Below are positions 6,878-16,762 of a DNA stretch of 59,106 bases, one piece after another; the first letter of the stretch is position 1, and each line of letters opens with the position of its first letter. The notes beneath the pieces are model-generated. The model saw only the letters and a list, made by a program, of their open reading frames with translations, did not search any database and was not told the origin of the DNA. The translations under genes and the position numbers were made by a program. The stretch comes from a virus (taxonomy: Duplodnaviria > Caudoviricetes): the IMG/VR virus record IMGVR_UViG_3300017761_001967, positions 1-59,106 of that record; one strand, given 5' to 3'.

Positions 6878-9700
6878 ATGGCAACAGTAAATAAAAATTT
6901 CAAGATCAAACAAGGTCTTGTCGTTGAAGGTACAACAGGTACAATCAACGGTTTCAACATTCTTACAGAGAATCAGGCTTCAGAAGATTACATCGTTGGT
7001 ATTGTTGGAGGAACTACACTTGTTACCTCCGTTGAATCAACACAGATGGAAGTTACTGCTGGCGAACTAAATATTAAATCAGGAGTATTTGATGTATCAG
7101 GTGCTGCAGCAGCAGCACAGTCTGCAGCAATCTCTGCAGCAGCATCAGACGCTACTACTAAGGCTAACGCTGCACAATCTGCAGCGACAACCGCAGCAGC
7201 AACAGATGCTACTACTAAGGCTAACAACGCTAAGTCAGGTGCAGAAGCAACAGCCTCTGCGGATGCAACTTCAAAGGCTAACGCTGCAGTATCAACAGCA
7301 TCAGCAGATGCAACATCTAAGGCAAATGCTGCACAAGCAGCAGCAATCTCAGCAGCAGCAAGTGATGCAACTACTAAGGCAAATGCTGCACAGGCTGCAG
7401 CAGAAGCAACAGCAGCATCAGCACTTACATCTGCAATTAACACAGAGGTTGCAAACCGCAACACAGCAATTGGAACCGCAGTAGATAATCTTGTTGATGG
7501 TGCACCAGCACTTCTTAATACATTAAATGAATTAGCAGCAGCGATTAATGATGACGCTAATTACACAACAACTATTACAACTGCACTTGGAACAAAAGCA
7601 CCACTTGCTTCTCCAGCACTTACTGGAGTCCCAACAGCACCTACTGCAGCAGCAAATACTGATACAACTCAGATTGCAACTACAGCATTTGCTAAGGCAG
7701 AAGCAGATGCAGCACAGTCTGCAGCAGAAGCAACAGCCTCTGCAGATGCAACATCTAAGGCAAATGCTGCACAATCAGCAGCCTCTGCAGACGCTACTTC
7801 AAAGGCTAACGCTGCAGTATCAACAGCATCAGCAGACGCTACTTCAAAGGCAAATGCAGCACAGGCTGCAGCAATTGCACACGCAGATGCTCTTACAACA
7901 TCTGATGTAGCAGAAGGAAGTTCACAATACTTCACAGATGCTCGTTCTAAGGCTTCAGCAGCAGATCTTTTGACTGGTGCTACAAAGACTAACATTACAA
8001 TTACAGGTTCAGGTTCAGGTCTTGTTATTACCGCAGAAAACGGTGTAGCAGATTCTACAACAACTGATCTTGCAGAAGGTACAAACCTTTACTTTACAAA
8101 TGCTCGTGCAATCTCTGCAACAGCAGCATCATATGATGTTCTTGGAGCAGCAGCAGCAGCAAAGACTGCAGCAGAGGCTACAGCCTCAGCAGATGCAACA
8201 AGCAAGGCCAATTCTGCAAAGACTGCAGCAGAGGCTACTGCTTCAGCAGATGCTACAAGCAAGGCTAACGCAGCACAGGCTGCAGCACAATCATTTGCTA
8301 CTTCAGCAGACACAGCACTTCTTGGAACAGTAACAACAAATATTGCAACTGCTAAATCTGCAGCCGAAGCAACTGCAGCAGCAGACGCTACTTCAAAGGT
8401 TGCTGCAGAAGCAGCACTTAGAGTATCTGCAGACACAGCAGCAATTGCAACCGCAGCATCAGATGCAACCACTAAGGTTGCTGCAGAAGCAGCACTTAGA
8501 GTATCAGGAGATTCAGCATCAGTTGCGACAGCAGCAGGAGACGCTACTACAAAGGCTGACGCAGCCCAAGCAGCAGCAATCTCCGCAGCAGCAACAGATG
8601 CAACTACAAAGGCTAACACAGCAATTTCTACAGCAGCATCAGATGCAACTACAAAGGCTAACGCTGCACAAGCAGCAGCAGCAACAGATGCAACTACAAA
8701 GGCTAACGCTGCATTAACAAGTGCAAATTCTTATACAGATGCTGGAATTTCAGCGCTTGTAGGTGGAGCACCAGCACTTCTCAATACTCTTAATGAGTTG
8801 GCAGATGCAATTGGTGACGACGCTAACTTTGCTACAACACTAACAACATCCGTTGGCACAAAGGTTTCAAAGGCTGGCGACACAATGACAGGTGCTTTGA
8901 CACTTTCAGGTGCACCAACATCAGGACTACACGCAGCAACAAAGACTTACGCAGATGGAATTGGAAGCACTGCAGCAGCAGATGCTACTTCAAAGGCTGA
9001 CGCAGCAGAAGCAGATGCTATTGCAGCAGCAGCATCAGACGCTACTTCAAAGGTTGCTGCAGAAGCAACACTTAGAGTATCAGGCGATGCAGCCTCAGTA
9101 TCAACTGCATCAGCAGATGCAACTACAAAGGCTAACGCTGCACAAGCAGCAGCAGCATCAGATGCTACTACTAAGGCAAATGCTGCACAAGCAGCAGCAA
9201 TCTCAGCAGCAGCAACAGATGCTACTACAAAAGCAAATGCTGCACTAACTTCAGCACAAACTTATGCAGATGCACTTACAACAGCAGACGTAGCAGAAGT
9301 TACAAACTTATACTTTACAGATGCCCGTGCTCGTGCTGCGGTAGATGGAACAAATCGTTCATTTACATCAGTTGAGTTAAACTCAGTTGCTAAGCAAGTT
9401 GCAGCAACTCTATCAGCACCAACAGCAGGAGTTCAAACAGCCTACTCATGGGCAAAGGCTGACTTCCGTTCAGCAGAATTCCTTGTAAGAGTTGGTGCAG
9501 GAGCAAACACTGAAATGTCAAAGGTTCTTTTAACACTTGACACTGCAGACAACATCGCAATTACAGAGTACGGAATTGTTGCAACAAATGTTGCACTAGC
9601 AGGAGTCTCAGCAGCAATATCAGGAAGCAATGTTGAACTACGGGTAACAACTCTAAACAACACTTCAGTAATTACTGTTATGGGAACATTGATCAAGTAA
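6878..9700 (+). CDS. Long Ala-rich coiled-coil fibre protein
   Basis: AAGGAG RBS. Many ADAT(T/S)KANAA repeats, two GAPALLNTLNELA..I.DD.N fibre motifs, KAPLASPALTG.PTAPT, AEG.NLYFT.ARA motifs. Confidence 0.85.
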   Translation: MATVNKNFKIKQGLVVEGTTGTINGFNILTENQASEDYIVGIVGGTTLVTSVESTQMEVTAGELNIKSGVFDVSGAAAAAQSAAISAAASDATTKANAAQSAATTAAATDATTKANNAKSGAEATASADATSKANAAVSTASADATSKANAAQAAAISAAASDATTKANAAQAAAEATAASALTSAINTEVANRNTAIGTAVDNLVDGAPALLNTLNELAAAINDDANYTTTITTALGTKAPLASPALTGVPTAPTAAANTDTTQIATTAFAKAEADAAQSAAEATASADATSKANAAQSAASADATSKANAAVSTASADATSKANAAQAAAIAHADALTTSDVAEGSSQYFTDARSKASAADLLTGATKTNITITGSGSGLVITAENGVADSTTTDLAEGTNLYFTNARAISATAASYDVLGAAAAAKTAAEATASADATSKANSAKTAAEATASADATSKANAAQAAAQSFATSADTALLGTVTTNIATAKSAAEATAAADATSKVAAEAALRVSADTAAIATAASDATTKVAAEAALRVSGDSASVATAAGDATTKADAAQAAAISAAATDATTKANTAISTAASDATTKANAAQAAAATDATTKANAALTSANSYTDAGISALVGGAPALLNTLNELADAIGDDANFATTLTTSVGTKVSKAGDTMTGALTLSGAPTSGLHAATKTYADGIGSTAAADATSKADAAEADAIAAAASDATSKVAAEATLRVSGDAASVSTASADATTKANAAQAAAASDATTKANAAQAAAISAAATDATTKANAALTSAQTYADALTTADVAEVTNLYFTDARARAAVDGTNRSFTSVELNSVAKQVAATLSAPTAGVQTAYSWAKADFRSAEFLVRVGAGANTEMSKVLLTLDTADNIAITEYGIVATNVALAGVSAAISGSNVELRVTTLNNTSVITVMGTLIK

Positions 9701-9735
9701 TAAAAAATAAAAATAGTTGGAAGAGGGAGCAATAA

Positions 9736-10188
9736 ATGGCAACAGAGAACAAAGACTTTAAAGTCAAGAATGGATTAGCCGTAGCAAACGGCGGTACATT
9801 CGGAGGTGCAGTAACAGTAGGAACTCCTACTATTAACGCACACGCAGCAACCAAGGAGTATGTAGATTCCCTAACAGCAATGGCTGTATCATCAACTGCT
9901 CCCTCTTCACCAACTAATGGTAAACAATGGTTAGACACTTCAACAAACAGAGTTAATTTCTATTACAATGGTTCTTGGTATACCCAAGCAACTATTGATG
10001 ATACAAATAATTTACCACAGCATATTCACGATACCGCAATTGATGGAACTGGTTTCATAGTATCTCAGTTCTATGAAGGTGGATCATTCAACAGCCCATT
10101 GGGTGTAGGTTTGGATGCAGGTAGCCCCTCTACAACAGAGTGGACAGTTGTATTCGATGGCGGTAGTGTAGTAGATAACTTCAATTAA
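9736..10188 (+). CDS. Putative fibre-associated structural protein
   Basis: N-terminus MATENKDFKVKNGL resembles that of 6878; HAATKEYVD and APSSPTNG..WLDT fibre motifs. Confidence 0.7.
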   Translation: MATENKDFKVKNGLAVANGGTFGGAVTVGTPTINAHAATKEYVDSLTAMAVSSTAPSSPTNGKQWLDTSTNRVNFYYNGSWYTQATIDDTNNLPQHIHDTAIDGTGFIVSQFYEGGSFNSPLGVGLDAGSPSTTEWTVVFDGGSVVDNFN

Positions 10189-10247
10189 AATATTGATGTT
10201 ATAATAAGATAAGTAAATGGGCAGCCCCCATAAAGGAGAAATAAAAT

Positions 10248-12026
10248 ATGGCAACAAGAATGCAACAGCGCAGAGGAACTGCAGCACAATGGACGGCTGC
10301 AAACCCTGTTTTAGCAGCAGGTGAAATCGGATTCGAAACCGACACAAATAAGTTTAAGATGGGTAACGGTTCATCAGCATGGACAGCCCTGACATATTTT
10401 GCTAATTCATCAGAACTAGCAGCACTAATTACTGGAGCACCAGGAACACTTGATACTCTTAATGAGTTAGCAGCAGCAATCAATGATGATCCAAACTTCT
10501 TTACAAGCGTTTCAAATCAGATTGCAGATGCAATCGCTGGTGTAGAAGCAGACTACGCATCCCTTGCTGGTGCAGGAATCGACTGGAATGCAGGACAATC
10601 AAGATTTGATATAGACTCAACAGTTGCAACAACTTCTCATGTTTCAAGTGCAATCCAAGATCATAGCCAGGACACATCTTCAGTACACGGAATTACAGAC
10701 ACACTTTCTCTTGTTACCTTGACAGGATCTCAATCTTTGACAAACAAGACATTACAATATCCAGCAATAACCAGTCCTACTGGTTTAGTTAAAAACGATG
10801 TTGGTCTACCAGAAGTAGATAATACTTCAGATGCAAACAAGCCTCTATCTAACACAGCAGTTGCTGCTCTACAGTTAAAGGCTAACCTTGCAGGGCCAAC
10901 TTTCACAGGAACAGTAACACTTCCTTCAACAACAATTATTGGAGATGTTAACTATTCAGAGTTAAGCATTCTTAATGGTGCAACCATCACTACTACAGAA
11001 CTTAATCATGTAGATGGAGTTACATCTGCAATTCAAACACAGATAGACACTAAGGCTCCTATAGCATCACCTACATTTACTGGCACAGTTGCTGGTATCA
11101 CAAAGGCAATGGTAGGACTTGGAAATGTTGATGATACAGCAGACTCAGCAAAGCCAGTTTCAACAGCACAGGCTACAGCAATTGCAACTGCTAAGTCAGA
11201 AGCAATCGCAGATGCAACATCACAGGTAAATGCAGTAATCGCATCAGCCCCAGCAGCACTAAATACTCTTGACGAATTAGCAGCAGCACTTGGTGATGAT
11301 GCAAACTATGCAGCAACAATAACAAATGCACTTGCTTTAAAGGCACCAATAGCAAGCCCAACATTTACTGGTACAGTATCTGGTGTAACAGCGACAATGG
11401 TAGGACTTGGTAGCGTAGATAATACTTCAGATGCCAATAAGCCAGTATCGACTGCAACACAAACTGCTCTTAATCTTAAGGCAAATCTTGCTTCACCTAC
11501 ATTTACAGGAACTGTTGCAGGAATTACTTCTACAATGGTTGGTCTAGGTAACGTAGACAATACATCAGATGCTAATAAGCCAGTATCAACAGCAACTCAA
11601 ACAGCGCTTAACCTAAAGGCATCTGTTGGAACACCAACATTTACAGGAGTCGTAACAGTTGCTGCACAGGGTATAGCGTTCACAGACGGAACACAGACAA
11701 TGGAAGGCGTTCCTTCACGGACACCTATTATCCAAAAGACAGATTCCTACACTCTTTCAGCACTTTCAGAAAGAGATTCACTTATTGAAATGAATAAGGC
11801 AACAGCAGTAACAGTAACTATACCGTTAAATGCAACTGTTGCTTACCCAGTAGGGTCATCTATTGATATCCTACAGACTGGTGCAGGTCAGGTAACTATC
11901 GCTGCAGCATCAGGAGTAACTATTAATGCTACTCCAGGATTTAAACTACGTACACAGTGGTCTTCTGCAACTCTTATGAAGAGAGCAACTAACACATGGG
12001 TAATCGTAGGAGACCTAACAGCATAA
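10248..12026 (+). CDS. Tail/fibre protein with Mtd N-terminal-like domain
   Basis: QQRRGTAAQWTAANPVLAAGEIGFETDT.KFK.G.G...W..L.Y. Repeated VGLGNVDNTSDANKPVS and ASPTFTGTV units. AAGGAG RBS and upstream TGTTATAAT. Confidence 0.85.
   Translation: MATRMQQRRGTAAQWTAANPVLAAGEIGFETDTNKFKMGNGSSAWTALTYFANSSELAALITGAPGTLDTLNELAAAINDDPNFFTSVSNQIADAIAGVEADYASLAGAGIDWNAGQSRFDIDSTVATTSHVSSAIQDHSQDTSSVHGITDTLSLVTLTGSQSLTNKTLQYPAITSPTGLVKNDVGLPEVDNTSDANKPLSNTAVAALQLKANLAGPTFTGTVTLPSTTIIGDVNYSELSILNGATITTTELNHVDGVTSAIQTQIDTKAPIASPTFTGTVAGITKAMVGLGNVDDTADSAKPVSTAQATAIATAKSEAIADATSQVNAVIASAPAALNTLDELAAALGDDANYAATITNALALKAPIASPTFTGTVSGVTATMVGLGSVDNTSDANKPVSTATQTALNLKANLASPTFTGTVAGITSTMVGLGNVDNTSDANKPVSTATQTALNLKASVGTPTFTGVVTVAAQGIAFTDGTQTMEGVPSRTPIIQKTDSYTLSALSERDSLIEMNKATAVTVTIPLNATVAYPVGSSIDILQTGAGQVTIAAASGVTINATPGFKLRTQWSSATLMKRATNTWVIVGDLTA
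11350..11650 (+). repeat. Intragenic tandem repeat (about 46-codon unit) in fibre shaft
   Basis: SPTFTGTV.G.T..MVGLG.VDNTSDANKPVSTATQTALNLKA in two tandem copies, with more degenerate copies upstream. Confidence 0.8.
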
Positions 12027-12056
12027 AAAAATAAGAAAAGAAATTGGAGAAAAAAA

Positions 12057-12899
12057 ATGGCAAAGAAAGAATTAGGATCGAAGTCTCTACAACAGAATGA
12101 CTTCTTAGAACCAAAAGCGCCAACAGGCGTTACAGCAACAGACGTAGGAACTGCTCGCTCATTCAATAATGGAGCAGCAACAGTTTCTTTTTCTTTGCCA
12201 GCAGATTCTCCAGCAGCAACATCTTATACAGTTACATCTTCTCCAGGAGGATATACTGGAACAGGTTCAGGATCACCAATAACTGTTGCAGCACTTTTAT
12301 CTAATACATCTTACACATTTACAGTTACAGCAACAAATGCTTCAGGAACATCTGCAGCATCTGCTGCATCTGCTGCAATAACAGCAACAACTGTTCCAGC
12401 CACACCTGCTGCACCAACTGCAACAACAGCAGTCAACTTAGATACAGTTACTTGGGTAGCACCTGCAAACGGTGGAAAAGCAATCACTAACTATACTTGG
12501 GCATCTTCTGATAGTAAGGGTGCAACACTTAATGCAACCTCTACAACAGTAACCCAAGAAGGAAGTACTGCTCAGACATATACCGTTTATGCAACAAATG
12601 CTAACGGTAACTCTACAGTATCTGCAGCATCTAACAGCGTTACAACAACACCACCATTCTTCCCACCATTCTTCCCACCATTCTTCCCACCATCATTCCC
12701 ATTCTTCCCACCATCATTCTGTCCGTTCTTCCCACCGTTCTTCCCAGGATTTTGTCCATCATTTTGTCCATCATTTTGTCCATCATTCTGTCCGTTCTTC
12801 CCAGGATTCTGCCCATCATTTGGACCAAGTTTCCAGACATTCTGTTGTCCAAATTGTTTCTCAGTACCAGCAAGTGCAAATTATGAGGACTACTGCTAA
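12057..12899 (+). CDS. Fibronectin type III-domain protein with (PPFF/CPSF)n tail and Cys-rich C-terminal tag
   Basis: Two Fn3-like units (L..NTSYTFTVTATNASG; W.APANGG..IT.Y...YTVYATNANG), a Pro/Phe/Cys repeat tail, ending CCPNCFSVPASANYEDYC. Confidence 0.85.
   Translation: MAKKELGSKSLQQNDFLEPKAPTGVTATDVGTARSFNNGAATVSFSLPADSPAATSYTVTSSPGGYTGTGSGSPITVAALLSNTSYTFTVTATNASGTSAASAASAAITATTVPATPAAPTATTAVNLDTVTWVAPANGGKAITNYTWASSDSKGATLNATSTTVTQEGSTAQTYTVYATNANGNSTVSAASNSVTTTPPFFPPFFPPFFPPSFPFFPPSFCPFFPPFFPGFCPSFCPSFCPSFCPFFPGFCPSFGPSFQTFCCPNCFSVPASANYEDYC
12651..12833 (+). repeat. 12-nt-based tandem repeat encoding PPFF / PPSF / CPSF / PGF
   Basis: ccaccattcttc x3, then tgtccatcattt-type units and variants. 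Confidence 0.9.
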
Positions 12900-12926
12900 A
12901 TATGAATAAAATAAAAGGAGAAAAAA

Positions 12927-13202
12927 ATGAATAATTCTACAGTATACACAGTTAGCATATCATTCGGAGAAAAATCATCTTCTCTTGATATGGATAAGCA
13001 GATTCATGATTTGCTATTCTACAAGAACTACACAGAAGATCCAGAGTTTACAACAAGCAATGGTGGCATTCTTATTAAGTTTATTAAAGATGGTCAGTCA
13101 TACTTTTGGAAAGTAGATCAGAATACATCTGAAATTTTAAAAGAAGAATATTCTTTAGATATTTTAGATAAAAAAGAAGTAGAAACAGAAGATCGTATAT
13201 AA
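12927..13202 (+). CDS. Hypothetical protein
   Basis: AAGGAG RBS; fills the gap. Confidence 0.7.
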   Translation: MNNSTVYTVSISFGEKSSSLDMDKQIHDLLFYKNYTEDPEFTTSNGGILIKFIKDGQSYFWKVDQNTSEILKEEYSLDILDKKEVETEDRI

Positions 13203-13255
13203 ACACTTTTATGGTACAATTGTTTTGTAGATAGTACCAATAAGGAGATTTATAA

Positions 13256-13660
13256 ATGAATTTTGAAAAACATTACTACTTTGACCTAGACGGAGACAAG
13301 GTTTTGTTTTACAAGTTAATGCTAGATGAAAACAAAAACCCTTATGAAGGATATGAGGGAAAAATGTTTGGTCTAGAAAACAATCCTTTAATTTTAGATA
13401 TAACTAGTTTAGGATATATACCAAAAAGAGGAAGTATTTGGGATGGAAAAACTTTTAAATTAGACGGAGTTGACAATCTCAATCTTGACACACAAAAAAT
13501 ACATCTTACTTGCAGTGACTATACTTCTATTTCATTTTTAGTAAATAACACTGTAACTGGTTGTATGTCTTGGTGTCATGGCTCTTCAGACAATGATGTA
13601 ATAATTGCAGCAGCAAAAAGCAATCCAAAAATTATTTACAAAGAAGTGGAAGTTGAATAG
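13256..13660 (+). CDS. Hypothetical protein (possibly fibre-assembly-like)
   Basis: AAGGAG RBS, upstream TGGTACAAT; P..GSIWDGKTF motif. Confidence 0.65.
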   Translation: MNFEKHYYFDLDGDKVLFYKLMLDENKNPYEGYEGKMFGLENNPLILDITSLGYIPKRGSIWDGKTFKLDGVDNLNLDTQKIHLTCSDYTSISFLVNNTVTGCMSWCHGSSDNDVIIAAAKSNPKIIYKEVEVE

Positions 13661-13663
13661 AAA

Positions 13664-13903
13664 ATGTCAGAAGAATTAACTCCTTGGCAGCAATATAAAA
13701 AAAATCTAGGGGAAACAAGACCTTGGGATTTTTTAGATTCAAACACTGAGTATGTCTCAGAAGAAGAAAAAAACACAAGAATTGACATTTGTAGGTCATG
13801 TCCTGAATTTATAAAACTAACAACCACATGTAAAAAGTGCGGTTGCTTTATGGCAGCAAAAACAAAGTTACAAGATGCCTCTTGCCCTATAGGAAAATGG
13901 TAA
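13664..13903 (+). CDS. Small Cys-rich metal-binding protein (DUF6171-like)
   Basis: R..ICRSC...TCKKCGCFM.AKTKL...SCPIGKW. Confidence 0.75.
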   Translation: MSEELTPWQQYKKNLGETRPWDFLDSNTEYVSEEEKNTRIDICRSCPEFIKLTTTCKKCGCFMAAKTKLQDASCPIGKW

Positions 13904-14601
13904 AAATGAAAAATGATATAAGTTGGATAGACTTGCCAAGAGTTGAGTTATCAAAAAATAGGATAGAAAAAAGAATAATTTCAGAAGGAATAGAAGTAAT
14001 CAATTTAGACTATGGAATTAATCTATATAGAAATGTCTTTAGCGTTAGTCAAGGATTAGATATAATATCAAAACTTGAAAAAGTAATAGAAGAAAAAAAT
14101 GAATTTAAATGGAATTCTGCAACTGTAAATGATACAGAAAAAATAGATGCAGTAAGAAATTGTTTTGATCTAAAGTACAAGAGAGAAAATTTAGGTAAGA
14201 TTATTGAGTTTAATCAAGATTTATTTGACATACATCAAGAAGTTGAAAATTATCTAGATAAGTCTTTAAGGGATTACGAGTCTTTATGGCACCTGCAAGT
14301 AAAATATAAAGAGGCTTTTAATTTTGTAAAGTATTTGCCAGGAGAATATTTTAAGATTCATGCAGATCATGGTCCATATTACACCTGTACCATTTCTGCT
14401 GTTATTTATCTTAATGATGATTACGAAGGTGGAGAAATAGATTTTCCTAGACACAATATCAAGATCAAACCACAAGCAGGTGATATAATTTTGTTCCCAT
14501 CTAACTTTGTATATGAGCACTCATCTTGTAAAGTAACAGAAGGAACAAAGTATTCTGTAGTAATAATGACAGACTATAACGACATTCATCATAAAGAATA
14601 G
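13897..14601 (+). CDS. 2OG-Fe(II) oxygenase, prolyl 4-hydroxylase-like
   Basis: IHADHG, YLNDDYEGGEIDFP, YEHSS, GTKYS. Start ATG 13897 or 13906. Confidence 0.9.
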   Translation: MVKMKNDISWIDLPRVELSKNRIEKRIISEGIEVINLDYGINLYRNVFSVSQGLDIISKLEKVIEEKNEFKWNSATVNDTEKIDAVRNCFDLKYKRENLGKIIEFNQDLFDIHQEVENYLDKSLRDYESLWHLQVKYKEAFNFVKYLPGEYFKIHADHGPYYTCTISAVIYLNDDYEGGEIDFPRHNIKIKPQAGDIILFPSNFVYEHSSCKVTEGTKYSVVIMTDYNDIHHKE

Positions 14602-14616
14602 AGAGAAAGGTATATT

Positions 14617-15300
14617 ATGAATAATAAAGAAGAAGTTACGGCCAATCCTAAAAAGTCTTGGACATCTGTAGAAGATTTAGGAAGTGGTATATTTGTTTAT
14701 AGAAATGTAATAACCAAAGAGTTAAATGCAATTCAAAGACTAGAAGAAGTCTTAAACAAAGAAGATAACGGTTACATTTGGAGACCAGCATATGTTGGAT
14801 ATCAGCAACTTATGCCAAACTATAGAGATTGCGAAGACTTTAAGTTTAAAAAAACAGACATTGAAAGTGATTTGTCAGCAGACTCTGTAAAACTTCAAGA
14901 ACTTTGGCAAGACTGCTATGACAGACAAAAACTAGCAGTTGATGATTATCAAAGACGTTTTAACATAGGTGAGTTAAGATATTGGGAAGCAATGAATTTT
15001 GTAAAGTATACAGAAGGAAAGCATTTTCAGTACCATCATGATCATGGATCTTCATATAACTGTACAGTTTCTTTGGTTGCTTACCCAAATGACGACTATG
15101 AGGGTGGAGAACTTTCTTTTAGACACCAACAACTAGTGATAAAGCCACAGGCTGGAGATCTATATATCTTCCCATCAAACTACATGTATAGTCATAGAGC
15201 GATGCCAGTTCATTCAGGAACAAAGTATTCTATTGTTACTATGCTTGACCACAGTGCAAAGTACCATAGACCAGAAATGTTCCAAGAAACTGGAGACTAA
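14617..15300 (+). CDS. 2OG-Fe(II) oxygenase, prolyl 4-hydroxylase-like
   Basis: HHDHG, YPNDDYEGGEL.F, YSHRA, GTKYS. Paralogue of the upstream gene. Confidence 0.9.
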   Translation: MNNKEEVTANPKKSWTSVEDLGSGIFVYRNVITKELNAIQRLEEVLNKEDNGYIWRPAYVGYQQLMPNYRDCEDFKFKKTDIESDLSADSVKLQELWQDCYDRQKLAVDDYQRRFNIGELRYWEAMNFVKYTEGKHFQYHHDHGSSYNCTVSLVAYPNDDYEGGELSFRHQQLVIKPQAGDLYIFPSNYMYSHRAMPVHSGTKYSIVTMLDHSAKYHRPEMFQETGD

Positions 15301-15301
15301 G

Positions 15302-16006
15302 TTGGAGATAGAGATTTACCAGTCAGGTAATGCTCACATAAACTTTTCAACACTTCCACCTAATAGAGACTGGATGGATAAAACATTTGAAAAGCATGCG
15401 TACAGGTGTTTGCCAGTATCTCTTTCAAACACACTTGGCTGGACATTTTCTTTTCCTGAAGATATATCTTTTATCTGGGATGGAAATGATAGTTCTGAGC
15501 AAGGGCATGTAAAGGTTCTTTCTGGAGAAAGGTTTGTTTCTACTAACAGAGCAAACGCAACAATAAGTTTTGAGACTGGTCTTTGGCTTAGAACAAAAGA
15601 AAGCGTTAGCGTCTTGCTTATGCCAGTTCCAAACCAGTTTATTGACGGTGTTCAAGGGTTTACAACAATCATAAATACTTCTGTTTTATCTCCACCAATA
15701 CCATATGCCTGGAAAATAACAAAAGCAAATGAGGTTATCACAATACCTGCAAATACTCCAATTGTTTCAATACTTCCGATAAGTCTAAAATCTATTCAGG
15801 ATACTGTTTTTGTATTAAAAACAGAAAATTTTGGGAATGAATTTCACACAAAACTGTCTGACTATGGATCAAGATCTGCAGAAATAACGCAATCTGGATC
15901 TTGGACAAACTTCTATAGGGATGCCGTAAATCACCTTGGAGAAAAAACAGGTAGTCATGAACTAAAAAGCATAAAACTATCTATTAAAGATGAAAGAAGT
16001 ATATAA
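15302..16006 (+). CDS. DUF6065-like protein
   Basis: RDWMD....HAYRCLPV...N..GW, PVPN, IPANTPI..ILP. Start reassigned to TTG 15302 behind GGAG. Confidence 0.65.
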   Translation: MEIEIYQSGNAHINFSTLPPNRDWMDKTFEKHAYRCLPVSLSNTLGWTFSFPEDISFIWDGNDSSEQGHVKVLSGERFVSTNRANATISFETGLWLRTKESVSVLLMPVPNQFIDGVQGFTTIINTSVLSPPIPYAWKITKANEVITIPANTPIVSILPISLKSIQDTVFVLKTENFGNEFHTKLSDYGSRSAEITQSGSWTNFYRDAVNHLGEKTGSHELKSIKLSIKDERSI

Positions 16007-16741
16007 TTGGATATCAACAAAATAACATTTACAGCAAATAAGATATGGTTATCAAAAGATAGCAACTCTGTTCCAAGGCCAATAATAAAAACTATACCAG
16101 ATTGGTTTAGAAAGGCTGACAGATTTCTAAAGTCTACTGTAGATGAAAGTTTTGTTATAGGTCCAGACAATGGAAAAATTCCTACATGGAAAGCCTGCCC
16201 AGCAATATTTGACATAATGGGGACTGGATATTCGCTTAACACCCCATGTGATATTGAGTTTTATATGACAGAGTCTGGCCTAAAACACAGGGTATTGAAT
16301 AAAAAGTATCAAGATTTTATTCAGGTAAGAGAAGAGATGGCACAGTTTGAGCATCCTCATGGATACTATAAAGAACACTTTGCACTTACATGTGATTGGC
16401 AGATAAAACTTCCAGAAGGTTACAGCGCTCTATACTCTCAACCGTTTAATAGGTTTGAGTTGCCGTTCTTAGTTACTAGTGGAATTATAGATAATGATAA
16501 GGTTCATCTTCCTGGATCTTTGCCATTTTTTATTCAAGAAGGTTTTGAAGGTGTTATTCCAGCAGGAACACCATATACACAACTTATCCCATTTAAAAGA
16601 GAGAATTGGGTTTCTGATATTATAGAAGAAAATGATGCAATGGAATTAATGAAGCAGGCAATGGAAAATGCAAGTATCTATAGAAAACCAGACGGAGGAA
16701 TATACAAGAATAATGTTTGGGAGCCAAGAAAGTATGAGTAG
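16007..16741 (+). CDS. Conserved phage protein (DUF6065/dUTPase-like fold suspected)
   Basis: PDWF..., TWKACP..FD.M..GY, PEGYS, GIIDND, G.IPAGTP..Q.IPFKRE.W. TTG start. Confidence 0.65.
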   Translation: MDINKITFTANKIWLSKDSNSVPRPIIKTIPDWFRKADRFLKSTVDESFVIGPDNGKIPTWKACPAIFDIMGTGYSLNTPCDIEFYMTESGLKHRVLNKKYQDFIQVREEMAQFEHPHGYYKEHFALTCDWQIKLPEGYSALYSQPFNRFELPFLVTSGIIDNDKVHLPGSLPFFIQEGFEGVIPAGTPYTQLIPFKRENWVSDIIEENDAMELMKQAMENASIYRKPDGGIYKNNVWEPRKYE

Positions 16742-16762
16742 ATATACTGGTATAATAATTTT

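Noticed and set aside
6988-9248. Poly-Gln, poly-Cys and antisense Ala-rich ORFs overlapping the fibre gene
   Set aside because: They are shadows of GCA-rich Ala codon repeats in other frames, with no RBS or promoter support.
10248-12026. Diversity-generating retroelement suggested by the Mtd-like N-terminus
   Set aside because: No reverse transcriptase and no adenine-specific TR/VR pair in the window; the internal repeats differ mainly at synonymous positions.
12589-12909. His-rich alternative-frame ORF (HHSS)n and Met-rich antisense ORF
   Set aside because: These are alternative readings of the ccaccattcttc repeat. The main frame ends in the conserved YEDxC tag, and no independent start signal or slippery site was seen.
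13208-13243. Imperfect inverted repeat TGGTAC...GTACCA over a -10 box
   Set aside because: Short arms and a long loop in AT-rich DNA; compatible with chance.
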